A stretch of DNA of 64,000 nt from Alphaproteobacteria bacterium (GTDB lineage Bacteria; Pseudomonadota; Alphaproteobacteria; UBA828): contig CBDCQT010000006.1 in the NCBI GenBank assembly GCA_965220745.1, forward strand, positions 1 to 64,000, given 5' to 3'. A program made the position numbers and the translations under genes. This document shows, piece by piece, positions 24,401-36,400 of this stretch. The first letter of the stretch is position 1, and each line of letters starts with the position of its first letter. The notes below the pieces were generated by a model. That model was not told the origin of the DNA and did not search any database. It was given only the letters and a program-made list of their open reading frames with translations.

Positions 24401-27400
24401 CTGACGTGCTCCGCGGCCGCGCCGATGCCGTGGACCTGCTCTTCGGCGGCGAGCCGGGGGCGGCGAGCCTGTACCGCGAGTCGATCCTAGCGCGGGCAGT
24501 GAACCGAATGGTCGCCGACGCTGTGCGCACAGCGGTCGCCGGGTTGCAGGAAGACCGGGCGTTGCGGGTGATCGAGGTCGGCGCGGGGACCGGCGCGACC
24601 ACCGCCGCCCTTTTGGAGGTCCTGCCGGCCGATCGGACTGAATACACCTTCACCGACATCTCGACCGGCTTCTTCCCGGACGCGGAGCGGGAGTTCGGCG
24701 AGCGGGGTGCCGGCCTTCGCTTCTCGGCGCTCGACATCGAACGAGACCCGGCAGATCAGGGCTTGGCCCTACACGGCTATGACCTCGTGATCGCCGCGAA
24801 CGTCCTGCACGCGACCCGCGACCTAGGTGAGACACTCTCCCACTGCCGGCGCCTGCTGGCCCCGTCGGGCGTGCTGGTGGCCGTCGAGGAAACCGCCCGC
24901 AAGGAGTGGCTGGACCTGACCTTCGGACTGCTGCCCGGCTGGTGGCGCTTCCAAGATGCGTATCGCTCCGACCACGCGCTGGTCGAGCCCCCCGTCTGGC
25001 GACAGGCCATCGCGGACGCCGGATTCGCGGAGACTTCCCTGCTAGAGGATCCGTCCGGGGCGCTGCTGATCCTGGCGCGGGGGCCGGCGGAGGCGGGGGC
25101 CGAAGGCGGGCTGTTCGTGCTGGCCGGGGAGAGCGAGTTGGGCGCCGAGCTGGCAGCGGAACTGGAGCGCCGGGGCAGCCGGGCGGTCGAAGGCCCCGCG
25201 GAGGCCGACCGGCAGGCGTGGCGCGGGTTCTTCGAGTCCTTGCCGGGCGCGCTGCCCCTGCGCGGCGTGGCGTATCTGGGCGGGCTCCGGCCAGATGGCA
25301 CCGATTTCTCGACCCGGGAGTTGGAAGCGGAGCTGCAGGCGGTCGGTGCGGGCGCGCTGGCGCTGGTCCAGGGGATGTCGGACGCGGGCGTGTCGCCGGT
25401 CAGCGGCACCTGGTTCGTGACCCGGGGCGGCCAGGTGATCGAGCGGGAGCGCTGCGGCGCGCTCGCGGGGGCCTCGCTGTGGGGCTTCGCCAGCGTGGTG
25501 GCGCTGGAGCACGGGGATCTGACGCCGCGCCTGCTGGACCTGGATCCCGAGTGCCCCCCGTCCGCCGGCGCGCTCGCCGACGAGCTGCTCTTCCCCGACC
25601 GCGAGACGCGCGTCGCCCGCCGTGCCGGGGACCGCTTGGTGGCTCGGCTGAGGCGCCTCGCCGGGTCGGCGGAGGATGCGGCGGAACCCGGCCCGGGCGA
25701 GGCGCGGCTGCGCAGGGAGGGCAGCTATCTGATCACGGGAGGGCTCGGGGGGCTCGGGCTGGAGGTGGCGCGCTGGCTGGCCGGGGCGGGCGCCGGGGCC
25801 ATCGTGCTGAACGGGCGCCGCCCGCCCGACACGGAAGCCGAGGCGCTGATCGCGGAGCTCCGGCAGGGCGGCACCGAGGTGCGCGTCGAGATCGCCGATG
25901 TGACAGACGAGGAGGCAGTGGCGGGGATGTTCGGGCGGATCGACGCCGCGCTGCCGCCGCTGGCGGGCGTGATCCACAGCGCGGGAGCGCTCGCCGACGC
26001 GGCCTTGACGAACCAAGACTGGGAGCGCTTCGAGGGGGTGCTGGGGCCCAAGGCGCTGGGGGCCTGGCGGCTGCACCGGGCGACGCTCGACCGGCAGCTG
26101 GACCTGTTCGTCCTCTTCTCCAGCCTGGCGGGCGTGGTCGGAAACCGCGGGCAGGCCAACCACGCGGCGGCCAACGCCTTCCTCGACCAGCTGGCGCGGC
26201 ACCGCAGGGCGCTGGGCCTGCCGGGCCAGGCGATTGCCTGGGGGGCGTGGTCGGGCATCGGCGAGGCCGAGGAGCAGCGCGAGCGCATCGCGCCGCGGCT
26301 GGCCGACTCGGCCGAGGAGTGGATGTCTCCCGAGCAGGGCATCGGTGCCTTGGCGCGGCTCGTGCGCGAGGATGTCGGGACCAGCGTGGCGGCGTTCGTC
26401 GACTGGGCGGCGCTTCCGTCGCGGGCACCTTGGCTCGCAGAAGTGGCGGGGCGCGAACAGGACCGCGCTCGCGCCGATCCGGACGATTTCCTCAAGCGGC
26501 TCGCGGGGCTCGCCTCCGGGGAGCGGCGGGAAGAACTGATCCGGTTCCTTGGGGGGCAGCTGGTCGAGGTCCTGCGACTGCGCTCTGCGCCTCTGCCCTC
26601 GGCGGGATTCTTCGAGCTGGGCATGGACTCGCTGATGGCGGTCGAGCTCCGCAACCGCCTGAACCGGGCCTTCCGCGGCGCGTTCGTCGTCTCCAACACC
26701 GCAGTGTTCGATCATCCCGACATTGCCCGCCTGGCGGAACACCTTGCCGGCAAGCTAGTCGGCGCGGTGCCGGAGGTGCTGCGGGTGCAAGCCTTGCCCG
26801 CCGCCCGGGGCCGCGGCGACGAGCGCATCGCGATCGTGGGCATGGCCTGCCGCTTCCCCGGTGCGGAAGATGCCGAGGCGTTCTGGGCGCAGCTTCGCTC
26901 CGGTGCCGACCTGGTGACTAGGGGGCGGCCGGACGGGCTCTTCGTGGATGCGGAGACGGAGGCGGCGCGGCCCTTCGGTGCCTATGTGAAAGGACTGGAC
27001 CGCTTCGACGCGGGCTTTTTCCGGATCGCCCCGGTCGAGGCGGAGCTGCTGGACCCCCAGCAGCGGATGCTGCTCGAGACCAGCTGGGCGGCGCTGGAGG
27101 ACGCCGGGATCGCCCCGGACGGGCTGCGCGGCAGCCGGACTGCGGTGTACGGCGGAATCTCGACGGGCGACTACGAGACGCTCGTCGCCGGTCCCGGTGA
27201 CGATCCATCGACCAATATCTACAGGTCCACCGGCATCGCCGCCTCGGCTGCGGTCGGCCGGGTCGCCTTCGCACTCGGCCTCGAGGGTCCGGCCATGACC
27301 GTGGACACCGCCTGTTCCTCGTCACTGGTCGCGCTGCACCAGGCAGCGGCGGCGCTCCGGCAGGGCGAAGCGGACTTAGTGCTGGCGGGAGGTGTGAACG

Positions 27401-30400
27401 CGGTCCTGACCTCGAGCGCCACCCGGATCTTCACCGACGCCGGCATGCTCGCCGCGGATGGACGCTGCAAGACCTTCGACTCGGCAGCCGACGGCTATGT
27501 GCGAGGCGAGGGATGCGGGATGGTTGTGCTCAAGCGCCTTGCGGACGCGGAGGCAGCCGGAGACCGGATCCTCGCGGTGGTGCTCGGATCGGCTGTGAAC
27601 CAGGATGGCGCCAGCGCCGGCCTGACCGTGCCGAACGGCCCGGCCCAGGAGCGGGTGATCGCGGAAGCGCTTGGGCGGGCGGGCGTGGAGGCCTCCTCGG
27701 TGGACTATCTGGAGGCACACGGCACGGGCACCGAACTGGGTGATCCGGTCGAGGTGGAGGCGGCCGCGGCGGTGTACGGCCGCGGCCGGAGCCCGGACCG
27801 CCCGCTGCTGGTCGGATCGGTGAAGACGAACGTGGGCCACCTGGAGGCGGCGGCGGGCATGGCCGGACTGATCAAGACGGTGCTCGCGATTCGCTCCGGG
27901 GTGATTCCGCGCCACCTGCACTTCGAGCGGCCCAACCCGCGGATGGACTGGGAGAGGCTCCCTGTCCAAGTGACGTCGGAGATGATGCCTTGGCCGGAGG
28001 CCGAGCGGCCGCGGCGGGCCGCGGTCAGCTCCTTCGGATACTCGGGCACCAATGCCCATGTCGTGATCGAGGGATACGCCGAGGGGCGCGAGCCGCCGCG
28101 CATCGCGGTGCCCGCGCTGCCGGAGTCGGGTGCGGATGGCCGCGTCCCGCAGGCCGACGCGCCACGCCAGCATCGCCTGCTCCCGCTGTCCGCGAAATCC
28201 GAGGGAGCGCTTCGTCAGCTGGCCGACCGCTATCAAGCCGCCCTCTCGGAAGACACGCCGCTCGCCGACATGGCGTGGACGGCGGGGGTGGGGCGGAGCC
28301 ATTTCCGCTACCGCTCCGGCCTCGTGTTCCAGGACCGAGCCTCGCTGGCGGAGCAGCTGGAGGTGGCGAGGCAGGGTGCTGCGGCGTCGCCCACCACGGG
28401 AAGGGTCGCCTTCCTTTACACCGGCCAAGGGAGCCAGTGGGCGGGGATGGGCCGGGAGCTCTATGAGACCGAGCCGGTCTTCCGGGCGATTTTGGACCGG
28501 TGCGAGGAAGTGTTCCGCGCAGAACGCGGCAGATCTCTTCTCACCGTGATCTTCGAGGATTCCGAGCGGCTGGAGCGGACCGAGTGGACGCAGCCGGCGC
28601 TTTACGCGCTGGAGAGCGGGCTGACGGCGCTGTGGGCCAGCGTGGGGGTGCGGCCCGATGTCTTGTTCGGGCACAGCGTGGGAGAGATCGCGGCCGCCGC
28701 GGCCGCCGGTGCCTTCGATCTCGAGACCGGGATGCGGTTCGCCACGCGCCGGGGGGCGCTGATGGGTTCGCTTCCCGATGGAGGTGCGATGGCGGCAGTG
28801 TTCGCCTCGCGCGACCGCGTCACAGACGCGCTCGAAGGTGCGGTGTCGCTGGCAGCGGACAACGGCGCGCACCAAGTCGTGAGCGGGCCGGAGGCCGAAA
28901 TCGAGGCGCTCTTGAAGCGCTTCGAAGAGGACGGTCTGCGCGTCGAGCGACTGCGGACCAGCCACGCCTTCCACAGCGCGCTGATGGAGCCGCTGTTGGC
29001 GGATCTGGAAGCGGCGGCGCCGCGCGCCTCGGCACCCTCGGTGCGGCTGGTGAGCGATGTGAGCGGGCGCGTGCTGGAAAGCGCCCCCGACGGAGCGTAC
29101 TGGCGGCGCCAAGCGCGCGAGCCCGTCCAGTTCGCGACGGCGGTGCAGACGCTGGCAGCCGTGGAGGCAGGGCTTCTGCTGGAGATCGGACCCCACGGTG
29201 TGCTGGGACCGATGGCGGCGCTCGCCTGGCCGCAAGCCGAGGTGCCTCCCGTGATCCCGAGCCAGCGGCGCGACGGAAACGGGCAATTCGCCGACGCGGT
29301 AGCTAGGGCGTACGAGGCCGGCCTCGACATTGCCTTCGAGTGCCTGTTTGTCGGGGAGCAACGGCGGAGGGTCTCGCTGCCCGCCTATCCGTTCCAGCGG
29401 GAGCGCTACTGGGTCTCGCCAACGTCGCGTCGGCAGCCAAGGGCGGGGCACGCTCTGCTAGGTGTGCAGCGGGATTCCCCGGATGGCGAGCATTCCTTCG
29501 AGAGGGAGCTTCAGAGTGAGGATCCGGCTTGGCTCGCAGACCACCGCGTGTTCGGCGAAGTGGTCGCACCGGGTGCCCTCTATGTGGCGCAGGTGAGTGA
29601 AGCCCTCCGGGAAACCCACCACGAACTTCCCGTCGTGCTGGAGGAGACCGCGATCACGCGCCCACTCGCATTGGCGGGGGACGAGGGCCGCGTGGTTCAA
29701 GTGGTGCTCGGCGAGGATCGCGGCTGGAAGGTTGTCAGCAGGGATGCAGGGGGGCGTTGGGAGACACATGCCGAAGGCCGCTGGGCACCATTCGGCGCAG
29801 CCACGTCCGAGTCGGTAGATCTCGGCGCACTGATGGCGGGCCTCGCTCAGGTGGGCGTGGAGGAACGGTACTTCGAACGGGACCGTGGCACCACCGGAAT
29901 CGCGTACGGGCCGGCGTTCCGCGGTCTGACCCGGCTCTGGTCGGGCTCTGGCGAAGCGCTAGGCGAGGTGCTGCTTCCAGCGGGTGTGGATCAGCGGAGA
30001 CTTATCGCGCATCCGGCTCTGCTCGATGCCTGTTTCCAGGTGCTCGGGGGAATTCAGCAGTTCGCCGGAGCCGGGGGCACATGGCTGCCGATCGGCTGGG
30101 ACCGTTTCATCTTGCGCGATGCGCTGCCGGAGCGCGTCTTCTGCCGGGCATTCGACCGCGGCGAAGGCGGGGGGACGCACAGGGCTGATCTCGGTCTCTA
30201 TGCGGAGACCGGGGAGGAGCTGGCGCGTATCGAAGGCTTCGCGCTCCGACAGGCAAGCGAGACCGCAACGTTGGGTCAGCGAGTGGATGCGGCGCTGCAC
30301 GAGGTGGCGTGGCACGAAGGGGCAGCGGTGGGACTCCGAGACGCGGACTTCCTAGCCGCGCCGCAGGAGATCGAGTCCGGCCTGGGAGCGGCGGACGGAT

Positions 30401-33400
30401 ACCTCGAGGCGGAGGGCGGCGACGGGAGCGGGCGCGAACTGGAGCGTGAGGCTCGCCGGCTGCTGCTGCGCGGATTCAGGGATCTGGGGTGGGAGCCCAA
30501 GCCGGGCGACCGTTTCGAGACCGACGAATTGCGCCGCCGATTGAGGGTGACCGAGGATTACGGCCAGCTGTTCGGCCGGTTGCTGTCAGTGTTGGCGGAA
30601 ATGGGGCTCCTCGACCGGGAGCCAGCTGGTGGCTGGCGCGTAGCAGCCTCGCCGGGAACGCCCGAGGAGCCCGGGGCGGGACGGGCCGACTCCGTGGCCG
30701 AGTCCATCGAGCTGGGCATGCTCCGCCGCTGTGGGGAGTCGCTCGCTGACGTGTTGCGCGGCCGCGTCGATGCGCTGGACCTGCTCTTCGGGGGCGAGCC
30801 GGGAGCGGCGAGCCTGTACCGCAAGTCGGCCGCCGCGCGGGCGTTGAACCGCATGGTCGCCGACTCCGTGCAGACGGCGGCGGCCGGGCTGCCGGAAGGC
30901 CGGCCGCTACGGGTGATCGAGGTAGGCGCAGGGACGGGCGCGACCGCCGCCGCCCTCTTGGACGTACTGCCGGCCGACCGGACCGAATACACCTTCACCG
31001 ACATCTCGACCGGCTTCTTCCCGGATGCAAAGGGAGAGTTCGGCGAGTGGGGCGCGGGCCTTCGCTTCCTAGCTCTAGACATCGAACGGGACCCGGCGGA
31101 CCAGGGCTTCGCGCTCCACGGCTACGACCTCGTGATTGCTGCGAATGTCTTGCACGCGACCCGCGATCTAGGCCAGACGCTCGCTAATTGCCGACGCCTC
31201 CTAGCGCCATCGGGCGTGCTGGTGGCCGTCGAGGAAACCGCCCGCAAGGAGTGGCTGGACCTGACCTTCGGACTGCTGCCCGGCTGGTGGCGGTTCCAAG
31301 ATGCGTATCGCACCGACTACGCGCTGGTCGGGCCTACCGTCTGGCGGCAGGCCCTCGCGGATGCCGGATTTGGCGGAACCTCCTTGGTCGAGGATCCTTC
31401 CGGGGCGCTGCTGATCCTGGCGCGGGGGCCGGCGGAGGCGGGGGCCGAAGGCGGGCTGTTCGTGCTGGCGGGGGAGAGCGAGCTGGGCACCGAGCTGGCG
31501 GCGGAGCTAGATCGCCGGGGCAGCCGGGCGGTCGAGGGACCTGCAGGGGCCGACCGCCAAGCATGGCGCGGGTTCTTCGAGTCATCGCCCGGTGTGCTTC
31601 CGCTGCTGGGCGTGGTTTATCTGGGCGGGCTCCGGCCAGAGGGCGCCGAGCTCTCGACCCGGGAGCTGGAAGCGGAGCTGCAGGCGGTCGATGCGGGCGC
31701 GCTGGCGCTGGTCCAGGGGATGTCGGACGCGGGCGTGTCGCCGGTCAGCGGCACTTGGTTCGTGACCCGGGGCGGCCAAGTGATCGAGCGCGAGTGCGGC
31801 GGCGCCCTCGCAGGTGCCTCGCTGTGGGGCTTGGCGAGCGTGGTGGAGCTGGAGCACGGGGATCTGACGCCGCGCCTGCTGGATCTGGATCCCGAGTCTC
31901 CCCCGTCTGCCGGCGCGCTCGCCGACGAGCTGCTCTTCCCCGACCGCGAGACGCGCGTCGCCCGCCGGGGCGGGGACCGCTTGGTGGCCCGGCTGACCCG
32001 CCTCGCCGGGCGGTCGGAGGATGCGGCGGAATCCGGGCGGGGCGAGTCTCGGCTGCGCGGGGATCGCAGCTATCTGATCACGGGAGGGCTCGGGGGGCTC
32101 GGGCTGGAGGTGGCGCGCTGGCTGGCCGGGGCCGGCGCCGGGGCCATCGTGCTGAACGGTCGCCGCCCGCCCGACACGGAAGCCGAGGCGCTGATCGCGG
32201 AGCTCCGGCAGGGCAGCGCCGAGGTGCGCGTCGAGATCGCCGACGTGACGGACGAGGAGGCTGTGGCGGGAATGCTCGCGCGGATCGACGCCGAGCTGCC
32301 GCCGCTGGCGGGCGTGATCCACAGCGTGGGAGCGCTTGCAGACGGGGCATTGACGAACCAGGACTGGGAGCGCTTCGAGCGTGTGCTGGGGCCCAAGGCG
32401 CTGGGGGCCTGGCGCCTGCACCGGGCGACGCTCGACCGGCAGCTCGACCTGTTCGTCCTCTTCTCCAGCCTGGCGGGCGTGGTCGGAAACCGCGGGCAGG
32501 CCAACTACGCGGCGGCCAACGCCTTTTTAGACCAGCTGGCGCGGCACCGAAGGGCGCTGGGCCTGCCGGGCCAGGCCATTGCCTGGGGGACGTGGTCAGG
32601 CATCGGCGAGGCCGAGGAGCAGCGCGAGCGCATCACGCCGCGACTGGCCGACTCGGCCGAGGAGTGGATGACTCCCGAGCAGGGCATCCGTGTCTTGGCA
32701 CGGCTCGTGCGCGAGGATGTCGGGACCAGCGTGGCGGCGTTCGTCGACTGGTCGGCGCTTCCGTCGCGGGCGCCTTGGCTCGCAGATGTGGCAGGGCGCG
32801 AGGAGCGCCGCGCCCTCGCCGCTCCGGACGATCTCCTGAAGCGGCTGGGGGGGCTCGCCCCCGGAGAGCGCCGCGAAGAACTGATCCGGCTCCTCGGGGA
32901 ACAGCTGGTCGAGGTCCTGCGCCTGCGTTCCGCGCCGGCGCCCTCGGCCGGATTCTTCGAGCTGGGCATGGACTCGCTGATGGCGGTCGAGCTTCGCAAC
33001 CGCCTGAACCGGGCCTTCCGCGGCGCGTTCGTCGTCTCCAACACCGCGCTGTTCGACCATCCCGACATCGCCCGCCTGGCGGAACACCTCGCCGGCAAGC
33101 TAGCCGACGCTGTACCGGAGGCACCGAGGCTGAGAGCCTTTCCCGCCGTCCGCGGCCGCAGCGACGAACGCATCGCGATCGTGGGCATGGCCTGCCGCTT
33201 CCCCGGGGCGGAGGATGCCGAGGCGTTCTGGGCCCAGCTTCGCTCTGGCGCCGACCTAGTGACGAGGGGGCGTCCGGACGGGCTCTTCGTGGATGCCGAG
33301 ACGCAGGCGGCGCGGCCCTTCGGCGCCTATGTGGAAGGCCTCGACCGCTTTGACGCAGGCTTCTTCCGGATCGCCCCGGTAGAGGCGGAGCTGCTGGATC

Positions 33401-36400
33401 CCCAGCAGCGGATGCTGCTCGAGACCAGCTGGGCGGCGCTAGAGGACGCCGGCATCGCCCCGGACGGGCTGCGCGGCAGCCGGACCGGGGTGTACGGCGG
33501 GGTCGCGACGAGCGATTACCAAGAACTCACCGCTAGGAGTGTGGATGATCCGTCGACCAACCTCTACAGGGCCACCGGGGCCACGCCCTCGGCCGCGGTC
33601 GGCCGAGTAGCGTTCGCGCTCGGCCTAGAGGGTCCGGCCATCACGGTGGACACCGCGTGTTCCTCGTCGCTGGTGGCGCTGCACCAAGCGGCGGGGGCAC
33701 TCCGCGCAGGCGAGGTGGACCTTGCGCTGGCGGGAGGAGTGAACGCAATCCTTACGTCGACCGTTACCCAGATCTTTACCGACGCCGGCATGCTCGCCGC
33801 GGACGGACGCTGCAAGACCTTCGACTCGGCAGCCGACGGCTATGTACGAGGCGAGGGATGCGGGATGGTTGTGCTCAAGCGCCTTGCGGACGCGGAGGCA
33901 GCCGGAGACCGGATTCTCGCGCTTGTACGCGGATCGGCGGTGAACCAAGACGGCGCGAGCGCCGGCTTCACAGTTCCGAATGGTCCGGCCCAAGAGCGGG
34001 TGATCGAGGAGGCGCTTGCGCGGGCGGGCGTCGAGGCCTCCTCGGTGGACTACTTGGAGGCGCACGGCACGGGCACCGAACTGGGCGATCCGGTCGAAGT
34101 GGAGGCAGCGGCGGCGGTGTACGGCCGCGGCCGGAGCCCAGACCGCCCACTGCTGATGGGATCGGTGAAGACGAACGTGGGCCACCTAGAGGCGGCAGCG
34201 GGGGTAGCCGGGCTGATCAAGGCGGTGCTCGCGATCCGCTCCGGGGTGATTCCGCGCCACCTGCACTTCGCGCGGCCCAACCCGCGGACGGACTGGGAGA
34301 AGCTCCCCGTCCGGGTGACGTCGGAGGCGACCCCGTGGCCGGAGGCCGAGCGGCCGCGACGGGCCGCCGTCAGCTCCTTCGGATACTCGGGCACCAACGC
34401 CCATGTCGTGATCGAGGGCTACGCCGAGGATCGCGAACCTCCGCACTTTGAGATCCTCGCACCGCCGGAGTTGGGTCTGGATGACAGTGTCCCGCAGGCC
34501 GACGCTTCCCGCCAGCACCGCCTGCTCCCGATCTCGGCGAAGTCCTATGACGCCCTCCGGCAGCTGGCTGGCCAGTACCGGGCCGGACTCGCGGACGTTA
34601 CCTCGCTCGCCGACATGGCGTGGACGGCGAGCACGGGCCGGAGCCATTTCCGCTGCCGCTCTGCTCTCGTGTTTGGCGATCGCGCCTCGCTGCAGGAGCA
34701 GTTGGAAGGGTTGAGGCAAGGCGCAGGGGCGTCGCCAGCCGAAGGAAAGGTCGCCTTCCTCTACACCGGGCAGGGGAGCCAGTGGGCGGGCATGGGCCGG
34801 GAGCTCTATGAGGCCGAGCCGGTGTTCCGGGCAGTTCTGGACCGTTGCGAGGAAGTGTTCCGCGCAGAGCACGGCAAGGCGCTTCTCCCGGTGATCTTCG
34901 AGGGTTCCGAGCGGCTGGACCGGACCGAGTGGACGCAGCCAGCGCTCTACGCGCTGGAGAGCGGGCTGACCGCGCTGTGGGCCAGCGTGGGGGTGCGGCC
35001 CGACATCGTGTTCGGGCACAGCGTGGGAGAGATCGCGGCAGCGGCAGCGGCGGGAGCCCTCGATCTCGAAAGCGGGATGCGGTTCGCAACGCGCCGGGGC
35101 GCGCTGATGGGTTCGCTCTCGGCGGCAGGCGCGATGGCGGCGGTGTTCGCTTCGGCGGAGCGGGTCGCTGCCAGCCTTGACGGTACGGTCTGCCTGGCAG
35201 CCGATAACGGCACGCACCAGGTCGTGAGCGGGCCGGAGGCCGATATCGAGGCGCTCCTGCAGACATTCGAAGAGGACGGTCTGCGCGTGGAGCGCCTACG
35301 GACCAGCCAGGCCTTCCACAGCGCGCTGATGGATCCGGTGCTGGCGGAGCTGGAAGCGGCGGCTCCCAGGGCCTCGGCACCGTCGGTGCGACTGGTAAGC
35401 GACGTGAGCGGGCAGGTGCTGGAAGGGGCTCCCGACGGAGCGTATTGGCGGCGCCAGGCGCGCGAGCCGGTCCAGTTCGCGACAGCGCTGAGGACGCTGG
35501 CGGACCTGCAGGCGGGGCTGCTGCTGGAGATCGGGCCGCATGGCGTGCTGGGCCCGATGGCGGCGCTGGGCTGGCCGCGCAGCGAGGCACCCACGGTGAT
35601 CCCGAGCCAGCAGCGCGGCGGGAACGGGGACTTCGTCGGGGCGGTGGCGGGCGCGTACGAGGCGGGTCTGGAGATTGCCTTTGAGGGCCTGTTTGTCGGA
35701 GAGCGGCGGCGGCGGGTCTCGCTGCCGGCCTATCCCTTCCAGCGGGAGCGCTATTGGGTCTCTGCCTCTGCGCGACGCCGGTCAGATGAGGGGCACGTGC
35801 TGCTCGGCGTGCAGCGGGATTCCCCGGATGGCGAGCATTCCTTCGAGAGGCAGCTAGACAGTCGGGATCCGGCTTGGCTGGCCGACCACCGGGTGTTCGG
35901 CGAAGTCGTAGCGCCGGGTGCCCTCTACGCGGCGCAGGTGGTTGAAGCGCTCCGAGAGACACACCACGAACTTCCCGTCGTCCTTGAGGAGACCGCAATC
36001 ACGCGCCCGCTGGTGTTGTCGGGCGAGGAAGGCCGGCTGGTTCAAGTGGTGCTCGGCGAGGACAGCGCTTGGAAGGTCGTCAGCAAGGATGCGGGCGGGC
36101 AATGGGAGACACATGCCGCAGGCCGCTGGGCACCCCTCCCCACAACTGCATCCGACCGGGCAGATCTCCCTGAGCTGCAGGTCGGCCTTACCCAAGTGGA
36201 TGTGAAGGGCAAGTACCTCGAGCAAAAGCGGGATGGCACCGGTCTCGACTACGGGCCGGCCTTTCGCGGTCTGGCCCGGCTCTGGTCGGGCTCCGGCGAG
36301 GCACTGGGCGAGGTGCTGCTGCCGGCGGGAATGGAAAATCGGGTGCTGCTTGTCCATCCGGCACTGCTCGACGCCTGTTTCCAAGGGGTGGGTGGCATCG

